From an uncultured Bacteroidales bacterium (GTDB lineage Bacteria > Bacteroidota > Bacteroidia > Bacteroidales > UBA12077): 62,802 bases of DNA. A program made the translations under genes and the position numbers. Under the pieces are notes generated by a model that saw only the letters and a list, made by a program, of their open reading frames with translations, did no database searches and was not told the origin of the DNA. How positions within the stretch are numbered: the first letter of the stretch is position 1; every line of letters begins with the position of its first letter. Below are positions 27,535-36,919 of the stretch, in pieces. Location: the NCBI GenBank assembly GCA_964450375.1, contig CAYVEW010000005.1, positions 1-62,802 on the forward strand, written 5' to 3'.

Positions 27535-28569
27535 ATGAAAAAAGGCCAAATACTAAAATTTGTAATTATTGTTTTTATAGTTAGTTTGTTAATTGTTATT
27601 GTATTAGGCACAAAGTTTTACAAACGAGTTTACGAGGGGAACAGCACAAAAGAAAATTACTTATATATTCCTACAGGATCTGCATTTAACGATGTACTTA
27701 AAATTATTGAACGGGATAGTATATTGGAAAATATTGATTCGTTCAGGTGGCTGGCTTTAAAGAAAAACTATCATAATCATGTGTATGCCGGAAAATATCG
27801 CATAGATAGCAACATGAATAATAATGATTTGATTAATATGCTGCGTTCGGGTTATCAGGATCCGGTTAAGTTAATCTTTAACAGTGTTAGAACCAGAGAA
27901 CAACTGGCAGGTAAAATCTCGGAGCAAATCGAAGCCGATTCCATTTCTTTACTTAATGTTTTTAATAATGATTCCATTGTAAAAGCTTATGGCTTAAAAC
28001 CGGAAACCTTTACGGCGATATTCTTACCGAATACTTATGAATTTTGGTGGAATACCACAGCCGCAGGATTCGTTAATCGAATGCACAAAGAGTACGAGCG
28101 ATTCTGGAACCAGGAACGTTTAGCGAAGGCAAAAAAACTTAACCTGACACCCGAGGAAGTTGTTACGCTGGCTTCTATTGTGGATGAAGAAACACTGTAT
28201 AACGACGAAATGGCAAAAGTTGCCGGAGTTTACATTAACCGTTTGCGAAAGCGAATGCATTTGCAAGCCGATCCTACTTTAAAGTTTGCTTTAGGCGATT
28301 TTACCATTAAACGGGTGTTAAATATTCACAAACAAATTGATTCGCCTTATAATACTTACAAAAGATACGGATTGCCACCCGGGCCCATTTCAATTCCTTC
28401 CATTGCTGCAATTGATGCAGTATTGAATTATGAACAACATAGCTATTTATATTTCTGTGCTAAACCAGATTTTTCGGGCTATCATAACTTTGCAAAAACC
28501 CTTTCGCAACATAACATTAATGCCCGCGAATATCAGCGAGCATTAAATAAGGAAAGGATCTGGAGATAA
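27535..28569 (+). CDS. mltG: Endolytic transglycosylase
   Basis: N-terminal TM anchor, LASIVDEET, LQADPT, SPYNTY...GLPPGPI and YLYFCAK motifs; TAATTTTG -7 element at 27497. Confidence 0.96.
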   Translation: MKKGQILKFVIIVFIVSLLIVIVLGTKFYKRVYEGNSTKENYLYIPTGSAFNDVLKIIERDSILENIDSFRWLALKKNYHNHVYAGKYRIDSNMNNNDLINMLRSGYQDPVKLIFNSVRTREQLAGKISEQIEADSISLLNVFNNDSIVKAYGLKPETFTAIFLPNTYEFWWNTTAAGFVNRMHKEYERFWNQERLAKAKKLNLTPEEVVTLASIVDEETLYNDEMAKVAGVYINRLRKRMHLQADPTLKFALGDFTIKRVLNIHKQIDSPYNTYKRYGLPPGPISIPSIAAIDAVLNYEQHSYLYFCAKPDFSGYHNFAKTLSQHNINAREYQRALNKERIWR

Positions 28570-28570
28570 T

Positions 28571-29743
28571 TTAAGGTAATTTAAAAATGATAGGGAAAGT
28601 GAGCACTACATCAGCAGGCTCTCCATCTTTTTTACCCGGTTTCCATTTAGGGGAACTATAAACCAGTCGTAATGCTTCCTGATCGAGCGATGGGTGCACT
28701 CCGCGAGCAACTTTAGCATCTTTAATGTAGCCATTCTTAGCTACTGTAAACTGTACATAAACAGTTCCTTTAATTCCTTTTGTTAAGGCTTCTTGAGGAT
28801 AGTTTATATTGTTATTTAAGTATTTTTTAAAATCTTTGATTTCACCAATGAATTTAGGCATATCATCAACCACAAAATAGATTTCTTCAGCATTGTTTTG
28901 GTTTAAATCCTTATTTTCTTCTTGGGATGTGGGAGTTATAACTTCTTCTTCAGGTTCTGTTCGGTAGAATTTATCTACAAAGGATAAAAGAACAACAGAT
29001 TCGGATGTTACTGATGAATTGTTTTTAACGATTATATGATATACAGCAGTATTGCTTATATCGAATAAGTTGTATGATATTTCATTATTTATGTTGATCG
29101 ATTTAGGCTTTAATCTTTTTTCAGATTTACTTTCAATGAGTTGTAATTCAAATTGGCCGGGTGTATTTTGAAAAACTGACAACGAATACGTGTTGTTTTT
29201 AGATAATACAACGGAGTATCTGGCATCTTTATGGGGTTCGATCTTATTAGTAAAATCCTTTAAATATGTATCCTTGCTTACATTTAACAGTTTTTCAAGT
29301 TTTGGATTTTGCACAATGGTTTCGTGTTGTTCTAATTTTTTGGCTGTGCTTAATAAAATGGTGCTCGAAATAGCTTTATCTGATGTGTTCTTAACATTTA
29401 AGATGTATTTTTGCTCCTTATTGCTTTTTGTGGAGAAATTAAAGATTCCAACTGTTTCGTCCTTTGTGCTGTAAATAGTATATCCATAATTATTAAATAA
29501 GGTAAGCCGAAACTGTTTATAATCTTTCATATTTGCAAACCATTCATAGATTGTTCGTTTCTCTAGCTCAATAATAAACTGGGTTTCTTCGCCGGGTTTT
29601 AGCTTAAAAGCAAAGTCTTTTATATAGGTGTTTTTACCGGCAGCCTTTAGCAATTCTTTTAAATCGGGGTGTTCTCCCGGAGTAAAAGAGTAAGTGGCAT
29701 GTACATAAAAAACAGTTATTAGGATTAAAATATATTTTTTCAT
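28571..29743 (-). CDS. TonB C-terminal domain protein with two N-terminal tandem repeat domains
   Basis: C-terminal VDDMPKF..YPQEAL..GIKGTVYVQFTV..LDQEALRLV...PKWKPG; internal duplication TYIKDF / TYLKDF. Confidence 0.85.
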   Translation of the reverse strand: MKKYILILITVFYVHATYSFTPGEHPDLKELLKAAGKNTYIKDFAFKLKPGEETQFIIELEKRTIYEWFANMKDYKQFRLTLFNNYGYTIYSTKDETVGIFNFSTKSNKEQKYILNVKNTSDKAISSTILLSTAKKLEQHETIVQNPKLEKLLNVSKDTYLKDFTNKIEPHKDARYSVVLSKNNTYSLSVFQNTPGQFELQLIESKSEKRLKPKSININNEISYNLFDISNTAVYHIIVKNNSSVTSESVVLLSFVDKFYRTEPEEEVITPTSQEENKDLNQNNAEEIYFVVDDMPKFIGEIKDFKKYLNNNINYPQEALTKGIKGTVYVQFTVAKNGYIKDAKVARGVHPSLDQEALRLVYSSPKWKPGKKDGEPADVVLTFPIIFKLP

Positions 29744-29754
29744 GATTTTAAGTT

Positions 29755-30690
29755 TTAGTGAATAATAATTTTGCTTCCATCCGCGGAGATTTGGCAGTTG
29801 AACTGTAATTGAATTTTATCCAGAATATAATCAATTTCTAAGTTGGTGTACTGAGCGCTTATTTTTTGTGTACTCAGCTTTTTATTTTCAACTTGCATTG
29901 GAATGTTAAAATGTTTTGAGATGTCTTCGATTACTGAATATAAAGGCGTCTGGTCAAATTTCAACACTCCGGTATGCCAGGCCAGATAATTCTTATTGGT
30001 TTGTTGCTCAACGGCCACAAAATTTGCAGTTGGGTTATATGTAGCTTTATCTCCCTTCTGCAAATTTAATTGCGTGGATGGCGGTAAATCCGGATTGTAT
30101 AAATTGATTTCACCATCTTCAAGATTTGCAACTAACTGACCAGGTGTATTTGTATTAATCGTAAAATTGGCTTTTTTACCCGTAAATTGAATTCCGTTCG
30201 ATACAATAGTTACTTTCTTATCCTGATTCATATTGAAATAGGCTTCTCCTTCGAACTGAATTTCTGAATTTCGTTTTAAATGCATTGGGATTTTTATGGT
30301 ACTTCCTGAGTTTAAATATACTGTAAACTGCTCGTTTACATGAAGTGTAACTTTTTCTCCCTGCTCAACCGTTATTTCGGCATACCGAACGGGTTTTGTA
30401 AATGATCGATATTCAATGATTGCGAACAGGAGTATTGTTGTTAAAATAACCGTATATGCTGGTTTTAAAATCGGTTTAAAGTTTAAATAAGGTAATAATG
30501 TTCTTAAATTTTGAATAAAACGATTGGTAGTATTTAGTTTTTTGTTGATCTGTTGGTACGATTTCAGTATATCAGAATCATCAGCTTTGAAATTAAGCTC
30601 AGAAAACAAAAGATTGTTCGATTCCATTAGTTGATCCAAATCAAACTGATCTTTTTTATTTTGTTTCAATGTATTTCTCAAATTTTTCAT
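29755..30690 (-). CDS. FecR family anti-sigma factor
   Basis: TM helix, VYLNSGSTI, FEGEAYF and C-terminal AW..G.L.F..TPL..V...I. Start moved to ATG 30690 because a promoter motif overlaps ATG 30720. Confidence 0.88.
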   Translation of the reverse strand: MKNLRNTLKQNKKDQFDLDQLMESNNLLFSELNFKADDSDILKSYQQINKKLNTTNRFIQNLRTLLPYLNFKPILKPAYTVILTTILLFAIIEYRSFTKPVRYAEITVEQGEKVTLHVNEQFTVYLNSGSTIKIPMHLKRNSEIQFEGEAYFNMNQDKKVTIVSNGIQFTGKKANFTINTNTPGQLVANLEDGEINLYNPDLPPSTQLNLQKGDKATYNPTANFVAVEQQTNKNYLAWHTGVLKFDQTPLYSVIEDISKHFNIPMQVENKKLSTQKISAQYTNLEIDYILDKIQLQFNCQISADGSKIIIH

Positions 30691-30701
30691 TGTACTTATA
30701 T

Positions 30702-30727
30702 AACGTTTCTTAAAATTCATAACCCTA
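30702..30727 (-). promoter_or_regulatory. Putative ECF promoter TAGGG-N17-CGTT upstream of fecR
   Basis: Same spacing as the site upstream of the sigma gene (31296-31321). Confidence 0.6.
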
Positions 30728-31279
30728 AAATTTTAAGTGATCTTTAAAAGGTTCTAAATAAACCCGCATTTTTTTATAAGCGATTGTAAGTTGATTTTCA
30801 ACTGTTTTTGTAGAGATATTAAGATATTGCGCAATTTCTTTAACACTTAAGCCTTCCTGTTTTGCAAGCCGAAATATTTCTTTCGCTTTTTTGGGCAGCT
30901 GGTCAATAGCCGATTCCAGTATGGCTTTTATCTTGTAATGATCGGTGGGCTCCGCTTTATCGTTTGTTAGAATTTCAGGGGTTACAGCATTTTCATACTT
31001 TTTGCGGGTATTTATTTTTCTGATTTCATCAATAATTTCGTTGCGTGTATAGGTGAAAAGAAGCTTTCCGATTTCATCATCAGAATTCAGGTTTTTAGAA
31101 TTTTTCCAAATCTTAATAAAACTATTTTGGACTGATTCTTCGGCAATACTGCTGGAGTTACAAAAGTTACAGGCAAATCGATAGAGTGGTTTATAATATT
31201 TAAAAAACAGCGAATCGAAAGCAAGTTTGTTTCCTTGCCTGATTTTCTGAATTAAAATATGATCGGGAGTATGCTGCAT
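30725..31279 (-). CDS. ECF RNA polymerase sigma-70 factor (FecI-like)
   Basis: AFDSLFFKYY..L..FA, VQNSFIKIW, AIDQLP...IF.L...EGLS.KEIA..LNIS.KTVENQL. Confidence 0.95.
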   Translation of the reverse strand: MQHTPDHILIQKIRQGNKLAFDSLFFKYYKPLYRFACNFCNSSSIAEESVQNSFIKIWKNSKNLNSDDEIGKLLFTYTRNEIIDEIRKINTRKKYENAVTPEILTNDKAEPTDHYKIKAILESAIDQLPKKAKEIFRLAKQEGLSVKEIAQYLNISTKTVENQLTIAYKKMRVYLEPFKDHLKF

Positions 31280-31295
31280 TAATTTTTTAGTGTAA

Positions 31296-31321
31296 AACGA
31301 ATCTCAAGTTATATCCCCCTA
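31296..31321 (-). promoter_or_regulatory. Putative autoregulatory ECF promoter TAGGG-N17-CGTT
   Basis: Minus strand tagggggatataacttgagattcgtt, aligning position for position with the fecR site. Confidence 0.6.
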
Positions 31322-31327
31322 AAAAAC

Positions 31328-32443
31328 TTAGAAGTTTAATCCGATCTTCGAGTAGATCCTGATAAGAATCTTTTCTTCATTCTCCCAGCACAATTCTTGT
31401 GCAGCTTGATGGGTGTTCTCTTTCCACTTCGAATATCTTTTTTCTAAATGGAATATTTCGTTGATTTTTGTTGCCAAAGCATGTGGGTTTTTATGATCGT
31501 AAACACTACCTATTTCATATTCGTTTACAATTTTTTGCATTTCGGGGAAAGGAGACACCAGAACAGGTATTCGGGCTTGAATGTAGTCGAATAACTTATT
31601 TGGAAGAGCAAAATAATAATTTAAACCCAGATTTTCTTCCAAAGCAACACCCAAATCGGCTTTTTTTGTGTGTGCCGATAACTCTTCAAAGGGTATTTGC
31701 CCCAAAAACTCAACTTTTTTGTTTAAAGATTTTGATCTGACCCTGTTTTTTAGATCATCTGCAACATCGCCTGTTCCAATAATTTTTAGGATTGCATGAT
31801 CGATGTGCTCCATGGCATCAATCAAATGCTCCAGGCCGCGCCCAAGATTTAACGATCCCTGGTATAAAATCGTTTTGATATTATTTTCGTTGGATGTTTT
31901 TACAGATTCTGCCGGAATATAATTCGGAACATTTCGCACCACAGCTAAATTTATTCCATATAAGTTGTAATAGGTTTTTGCAATAGATTCAGATACCGTA
32001 TAGGCATTTTTAAGCTTAGGCAAGATCATTTTTTCTATTGTTTGCCATACCTTTTTTGGAAACTTTCGGCCAAGCAGTTCGGGTACTTCGGTAAAATATT
32101 CGTGACTGTCGTAAACCAGGTGCTTGAATTTAATTCTGCTTGCTAAAAATGATGCCGGAAGCGTATCTAAATCATTGGCAACAACAATATCGAAACGATG
32201 AAATAGCAGGAATAGAAATAATCTAAAATTATATTCCATGTAAAATGCAGGTCCTTTTTTAAAAAGTAATCGAAATCGTCGGGTTTGGTATGTGCGGTTT
32301 AATAATGGGGTTTTATGATGTTTAATTCGTCCAAGCACTGTAACATCAGCATTGGCTTTTAATAAAGTTGATGCTACTTTATGTACCCGATTATCAGTAA
32401 CTAAATCGTTTGTTACAGCTATGTAGATTTGTTTCTTTCTCAC
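31328..32443 (-). CDS. Glycosyltransferase family 4 (GT-B)
   Basis: VTNDLVTDNRV, ANDLDTL, YDSHEYF, YQGSLNLGRGLE and PNKLFDYIQA motifs; GTG start. Confidence 0.92.
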   Translation of the reverse strand: MRKKQIYIAVTNDLVTDNRVHKVASTLLKANADVTVLGRIKHHKTPLLNRTYQTRRFRLLFKKGPAFYMEYNFRLFLFLLFHRFDIVVANDLDTLPASFLASRIKFKHLVYDSHEYFTEVPELLGRKFPKKVWQTIEKMILPKLKNAYTVSESIAKTYYNLYGINLAVVRNVPNYIPAESVKTSNENNIKTILYQGSLNLGRGLEHLIDAMEHIDHAILKIIGTGDVADDLKNRVRSKSLNKKVEFLGQIPFEELSAHTKKADLGVALEENLGLNYYFALPNKLFDYIQARIPVLVSPFPEMQKIVNEYEIGSVYDHKNPHALATKINEIFHLEKRYSKWKENTHQAAQELCWENEEKILIRIYSKIGLNF

Positions 32444-32509
32444 AAGGAATCAATAATATTCAATTTTTTGTTAATCAATATGTATATTTGAGCTTTAAAA
32501 TAACAACAT

Positions 32510-33523
32510 ATGTTTGAAATAAAAGAAAATATATCGTTAAAAAATTATAATACTTTCGGAATTGATGTTCAATGCCGCTATTTTGTTAATTGTTCATCGA
32601 CTGATGATCTTATCGATTTTTTTAAATCACATGGAGACGAAGCCCTTCCACTTTTTATTTTAGGTGGTGGAAGTAATGTTTTATTTACCCAAAATTACGA
32701 AGGCTATATTTTACATCTGAATAGTAAGGGGATAGAAGTTTTAAAAAAAACAAGTGATGATGTTTATATAAAAGCAAGCGCCGGAGAAGATTGGGATGAG
32801 TTTGTTGGCTTTTGTGTAGATAATAATTGGGGCGGAGTAGAGAATTTATCTTTGATTCCGGGAAATGTTGGAACCTGCCCGATTCAGAATATCGGTGCTT
32901 ATGGTGTTGAAGTGAAGGACGTGATTGAAGAAGTAGAAACAATAGAAATAAAGACACTGAAAAAACATCGGTTTACGAATTCAGAGTGCGAATTTGGTTA
33001 CAGAGACAGTATTTTTAAACAAAAGCTAAAAGGGGAGCACATCATTACAAATGTTACATTTAAGTTAAAAATCGTACCTGATTTTAAACTGGATTATGGT
33101 AATCTAAGAGATGGTTTAAAGCGCTTTGAGAAAGTAGATTTACGTTCGGTTAGGCAATCGGTTATTAATATTCGAAACTCTAAGTTGCCAAAGCCTGAAG
33201 AAATTGGTAATTCGGGTAGTTTCTTTAAAAATCCGGTAGTAGATTCTGTAAAAGCACAAAAAATTAAAGAAGAACATTTAGAGATGCCTTCCTATCAGCA
33301 AGGCAATGGGATGGTTAAAATACCAGCCGGATGGCTTATTGAAACTGCCGGTTGGAAGGGGAAACGAATAGGTGATGCCGGGGTGCACGAACGACAAGCA
33401 TTGGTTTTGGTTAATTACGGTAATGCAAGTGGTAAAGAGATTCTCTCACTGGCAAATAAGATTAAGCAATCGGTAAAAGAACAATTTGATATTGAGCTTG
33501 AGATGGAAGTGAATATTGTTTAA
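32510..33523 (+). CDS. murB: UDP-N-acetylmuramate dehydrogenase
   Basis: NTFGI, LGGGSNVLF, ENLSLIPGNVG, FGYRDSIFK, GSFFKNP and HERQALVLVN motifs. Confidence 0.98.
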   Translation: MFEIKENISLKNYNTFGIDVQCRYFVNCSSTDDLIDFFKSHGDEALPLFILGGGSNVLFTQNYEGYILHLNSKGIEVLKKTSDDVYIKASAGEDWDEFVGFCVDNNWGGVENLSLIPGNVGTCPIQNIGAYGVEVKDVIEEVETIEIKTLKKHRFTNSECEFGYRDSIFKQKLKGEHIITNVTFKLKIVPDFKLDYGNLRDGLKRFEKVDLRSVRQSVINIRNSKLPKPEEIGNSGSFFKNPVVDSVKAQKIKEEHLEMPSYQQGNGMVKIPAGWLIETAGWKGKRIGDAGVHERQALVLVNYGNASGKEILSLANKIKQSVKEQFDIELEMEVNIV

Positions 33524-33528
33524 AGTTT

Positions 33529-33668
33529 AAAGCTCAAAGCTCAAAGCTCAAAGCTCAAAGCTCTTAGCTCACAGCTCATAACTCATAACTCACAGCTCTT
33601 AGCTCACAGCTCATAACTCATAACTCACAGCTCTTAGAGCACAGCTCTTAGCTCACAGCTCATAACTC
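33529..33668. repeat. Heptamer tandem array, 20 units, with higher-order 35-bp repeat
   Basis: 5x AAAGCTC, then [TTAGCTC ACAGCTC ATAACTC ATAACTC ACAGCTC] x2, then TTAGAGC ACAGCTC TTAGCTC ACAGCTC ATAACTC. Confidence 0.95.
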
Positions 33669-34217
33669 ATAATCATTATAACTAACAATATCAGAAATAT
33701 CTTTTCGTCGTTTTTCGCGGGTTTCTTTTGAAGGATAACCAATTGTGATAATCAAGGGAACTCTTTTTGCTTTGGGAATATTTAATAGTTTTTTCACTTT
33801 CACTTCATCGAACCAGCCCAGCATACAACTTCCTATTCCTTCAGCTGCTGCTTGCAAACATATATGTTCTGCTGCAATTCCAATATCGATTAACGGAAAA
33901 TGCTTTCCTTTAATTAAGCTGCCGGCACTGGATGTAAAATTTGCTTTTTCTTCTACAATCACGATATGAACCGGAGCTTGTTTGGTAAAGTGATTCATTC
34001 CCAGTACCGTGCTTGATGTGCAATCGGCAATCTGATTTTTTAAATCTGGATCGTTTATTACAATAAACTTCCAGGGTTGGGCATTGCATGCCGATGGAGC
34101 CAGGCGACCTGCTTCCAATACACGTTTCAGTTTTTCTTCTTCAATGGGTTTAGACAAATAAGCCCGGTCGCTTTGGCGGTTTCTGATAATCTCTAATTGC
34201 AATTCTCCGTTGATCAT
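33660..34217 (-). CDS. Nitroreductase family protein
   Basis: RQSDRAY, RLAPSACNAQPW, DIGIAAEHICLQA..EGIGSC motifs. Confidence 0.93.
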   Translation of the reverse strand: MINGELQLEIIRNRQSDRAYLSKPIEEEKLKRVLEAGRLAPSACNAQPWKFIVINDPDLKNQIADCTSSTVLGMNHFTKQAPVHIVIVEEKANFTSSAGSLIKGKHFPLIDIGIAAEHICLQAAAEGIGSCMLGWFDEVKVKKLLNIPKAKRVPLIITIGYPSKETREKRRKDISDIVSYNDYEL

Positions 34218-34259
34218 ATGCTTACTATTATTTTGTCGATTTTAAAATATGAATTTAAT

Positions 34260-34928
34260 TTACTGTAATGACTTTAATTCACTCGATTCAAAAATGTGCT
34301 TTTGCTTCTGTGCAAATTGTTTTTGATTAGTTAAAATTTGGATCATTGCTTTGGCAACAGTTTTTGCATGTATTGCTTTGTAGTTTCTTAATTTCCCAAT
34401 TAATAAGAAACCAAAAAGCTTCATTACAACTTTACCAATTGATTCGGCGGGCCTAGACTCGTTTCTTTTGCCCAATAACATTGATGGACGAACAAATGCA
34501 GTGTATTTAAAATCCAGTTCAAGTATATTATTTTCCATTAAGCCTTTTGTACGCAAATAGTAATTAGAGCTTTTCGCATTTGCCCCTATTGATGAAATTG
34601 CAATGAATGAATCGCATTGGTTTACAGCACATATTTTAGCGATGTTTAGTGGTAAATCGTGATCAATTTCAAAGAACTTTGCTTTACTACCGGCTTTTTT
34701 AATTGTAGTGCCCAGGCAACAAAACACTTCATCGCCTGTAAACTCATGTGCAAATTCGTCCATTTTATTAAAATCAACCAGGTGTTCTTCAATTTTATCA
34801 TTGCTATACTCTTGTGAAGTTCTGTTAAAGACTTTTATTACAGAATAATCATTGTTTTGTGTTAGTTCATTGATCAGGTAACTTCCCGTTAATCCTGTAG
34901 CTCCGAATACAAGTGCTGTTTTTTGCAT
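34260..34928 (-). CDS. NAD(P)-binding oxidoreductase (atypical SDR, TIP30/YraR-like)
   Basis: VFGATGLTG, FCCLGTTIKKAGS, YLRTKG.ME and RPSMLLG.R motifs. Confidence 0.9.
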   Translation of the reverse strand: MQKTALVFGATGLTGSYLINELTQNNDYSVIKVFNRTSQEYSNDKIEEHLVDFNKMDEFAHEFTGDEVFCCLGTTIKKAGSKAKFFEIDHDLPLNIAKICAVNQCDSFIAISSIGANAKSSNYYLRTKGLMENNILELDFKYTAFVRPSMLLGKRNESRPAESIGKVVMKLFGFLLIGKLRNYKAIHAKTVAKAMIQILTNQKQFAQKQKHIFESSELKSLQ

Positions 34929-34961
34929 GGCTTTCTAATTTTGAATTGCAAGTTAAAGAAT

Positions 34962-34995
34962 AAAAAAAAATCCCCAATGGATATGAGGATTTTTA
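34962..34995 (-). terminator. Probable terminator after ggt
   Basis: Minus strand stem atcctca-tatccat-tggggat followed by a T tract. Confidence 0.5.
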
Positions 34996-35055
34996 TTCTG
35001 AATAAGTTCTGCAATAGCTTAAAAAACTTGTAGAACTGGTATGATAAAATAATTT

Positions 35056-36747
35056 CTAATAACCTGCTGCCTGTCCGTCTTTTCTTGATTCCGAAGCACC
35101 GTAATACACTCCGTTTACTTCGTCCCACATAATGGCCTGGTAACCGCCATAACCTCCAAGGTCGAATGTTATTTTATGGCCTTTTTTCATCAATTCGCGA
35201 ATGACTTCATAATCAATACCTGACTCTAGATACAAGGTGCCTCCATCGGTCATTATTTCGCCTGTTGGTTGAGAGCTGCCTCCGTGTCTTATTCTTGGGG
35301 CATCTCCGGCTTCCTGTAGATTCATTCCAAAATCAACCATATTAATTACAATTTGGGCATGACCTTGCGGTTGCATTGAACCACCCATTACACCAAAGCT
35401 GATATAAGGTTTTCCGTCTTTGGTAACAAAAGCAGGAATAATGGTGTGGAAAGGACGTTTTCCTGGTTCGTAGCAGTTCATGTGATTTTTATCCAGACTA
35501 AATAATTCGCCACGGTCTTGTAAAATAAATCCAAGGCCTTTGGGTGTCATCCCGGAACCCATTCCGCGGTAATTACTCTGAATTAAGGAAACCATATTTC
35601 CCCATTTGTCGGCAACAGTCATGTATATGGTATTGCCTTGTTCCAGTTCACCTGCAGGATAATTTCTGGCAGCTCTGTCCGGGTTAATTAGTTTTCTGCG
35701 TTCGTTCGCATATTCTTTTGAAATTAATTCTTCAACAGGAATATCATTAAAATCCATATCGGAATAATATTTTGCCCGATCTTCGAAAGCTAATTTTTTT
35801 GCTTCGGTAAAAGCATGAATGTATTCAGTACTTCCGAATCCCATGGATGCTATATCGTAAGCTTCTAAAATATTTAATATTTGCAATGCAGCTGTTCCCT
35901 GTCCGTTAGGTGGAAGCTCCCATACATCGTATCCACGATAATTCGCTGAGATTGGTTCAATCCATTCAGATTTGTGGTTTGCAAGATCTTCGTACGATAA
36001 AAAGCCACCCTGTTCTTTTATGTAGCGGTCAATTTCTTTGGCGATGGATCCTTTGTAAAATTCGTCGCGGCCACCTTTGGCAATTTTTTCCAAGGTGTTG
36101 GCTAAATAAGGATTTTTAAAGATTTCACCTTTTTGGGGTGCTTTACCATTGATGGTGAATGTTTCGGTAAAATTAGGATATTTACTCAGTCGGGGAACAC
36201 TTAAATTCCAGTAAAAGGCAATCAGTTCGCTTACAGGAAAACCTTCGCGAGCATAAGTAATTGCAGGGTTCAGAATTTCAGTCATTTTCATGCTGCCGAA
36301 TTTCTTGTGCATTTCGAACCAACCATCTACACAACCAGGAACAGAAACGGGAAGCGGTCCATAAGCCGGTATTTTTTCGTATCCATTATCAATGAAATAA
36401 TCTAATGTTAAAGATTTTGGTGAGCGCCCACTGGCATTTAATCCATAAAGTTTTTGGGTTTTTGCATCCCATATAATGGCGAACAAATCGCCACCCATTC
36501 CATTTCCGGTAGGTTCCATTAAACCCAGAGTTGCATTTGCTGCAATGGCAGCATCAATAGCATTCCCGCCGGCCTTTAATATATCAAGTGCAACCTGTGT
36601 TGCTAAAGGCTGACTGGTAGCAGCCATTCCGTGTTTGGCAATTACTTCTGAACGGGTAGCAAAAGTTTTACCTGTAATTCTGTCTTGTGCACACATATAA
36701 TTTATGCTTAAGATGGTTACAAAAAGCGATAGTAGGATTTTTTTCAT
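35056..36747 (-). CDS. ggt: Gamma-glutamyltransferase
   Basis: GGNAIDAAIA, ELPPNGQG, nucleophile segment NTIYMTVADKWGNMVS, PGKRPFHTIIP and GVMGGSMQPQGH; signal peptide. Confidence 0.96.
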   Translation of the reverse strand: MKKILLSLFVTILSINYMCAQDRITGKTFATRSEVIAKHGMAATSQPLATQVALDILKAGGNAIDAAIAANATLGLMEPTGNGMGGDLFAIIWDAKTQKLYGLNASGRSPKSLTLDYFIDNGYEKIPAYGPLPVSVPGCVDGWFEMHKKFGSMKMTEILNPAITYAREGFPVSELIAFYWNLSVPRLSKYPNFTETFTINGKAPQKGEIFKNPYLANTLEKIAKGGRDEFYKGSIAKEIDRYIKEQGGFLSYEDLANHKSEWIEPISANYRGYDVWELPPNGQGTAALQILNILEAYDIASMGFGSTEYIHAFTEAKKLAFEDRAKYYSDMDFNDIPVEELISKEYANERRKLINPDRAARNYPAGELEQGNTIYMTVADKWGNMVSLIQSNYRGMGSGMTPKGLGFILQDRGELFSLDKNHMNCYEPGKRPFHTIIPAFVTKDGKPYISFGVMGGSMQPQGHAQIVINMVDFGMNLQEAGDAPRIRHGGSSQPTGEIMTDGGTLYLESGIDYEVIRELMKKGHKITFDLGGYGGYQAIMWDEVNGVYYGASESRKDGQAAGY

Positions 36748-36919
36748 GATCTGTAGATGAATTTTGAGTTATAAAACTTTGACAAGTTAATAAATCAAAA
36801 GTTTAATTACCAGTTATTGCCGGTTTAAGCTAAGTGTTGGCAAATGACAGTAATCTTTCATCTACCCAAACATCAGCAATTTCCAGTATGTTACAAAATG
36901 TTTATTATGGATTTTGCCT

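Noticed and set aside
33529-33668. Possible CRISPR array
   Set aside because: Units are 7 bp with no unique spacers and no cas genes are present; it is a tandem repeat.
36776-36806. Weak inverted repeat aaactttga...tcaaaagttt upstream of ggt
   Set aside because: Short, imperfect and AT-rich; compatible with chance.
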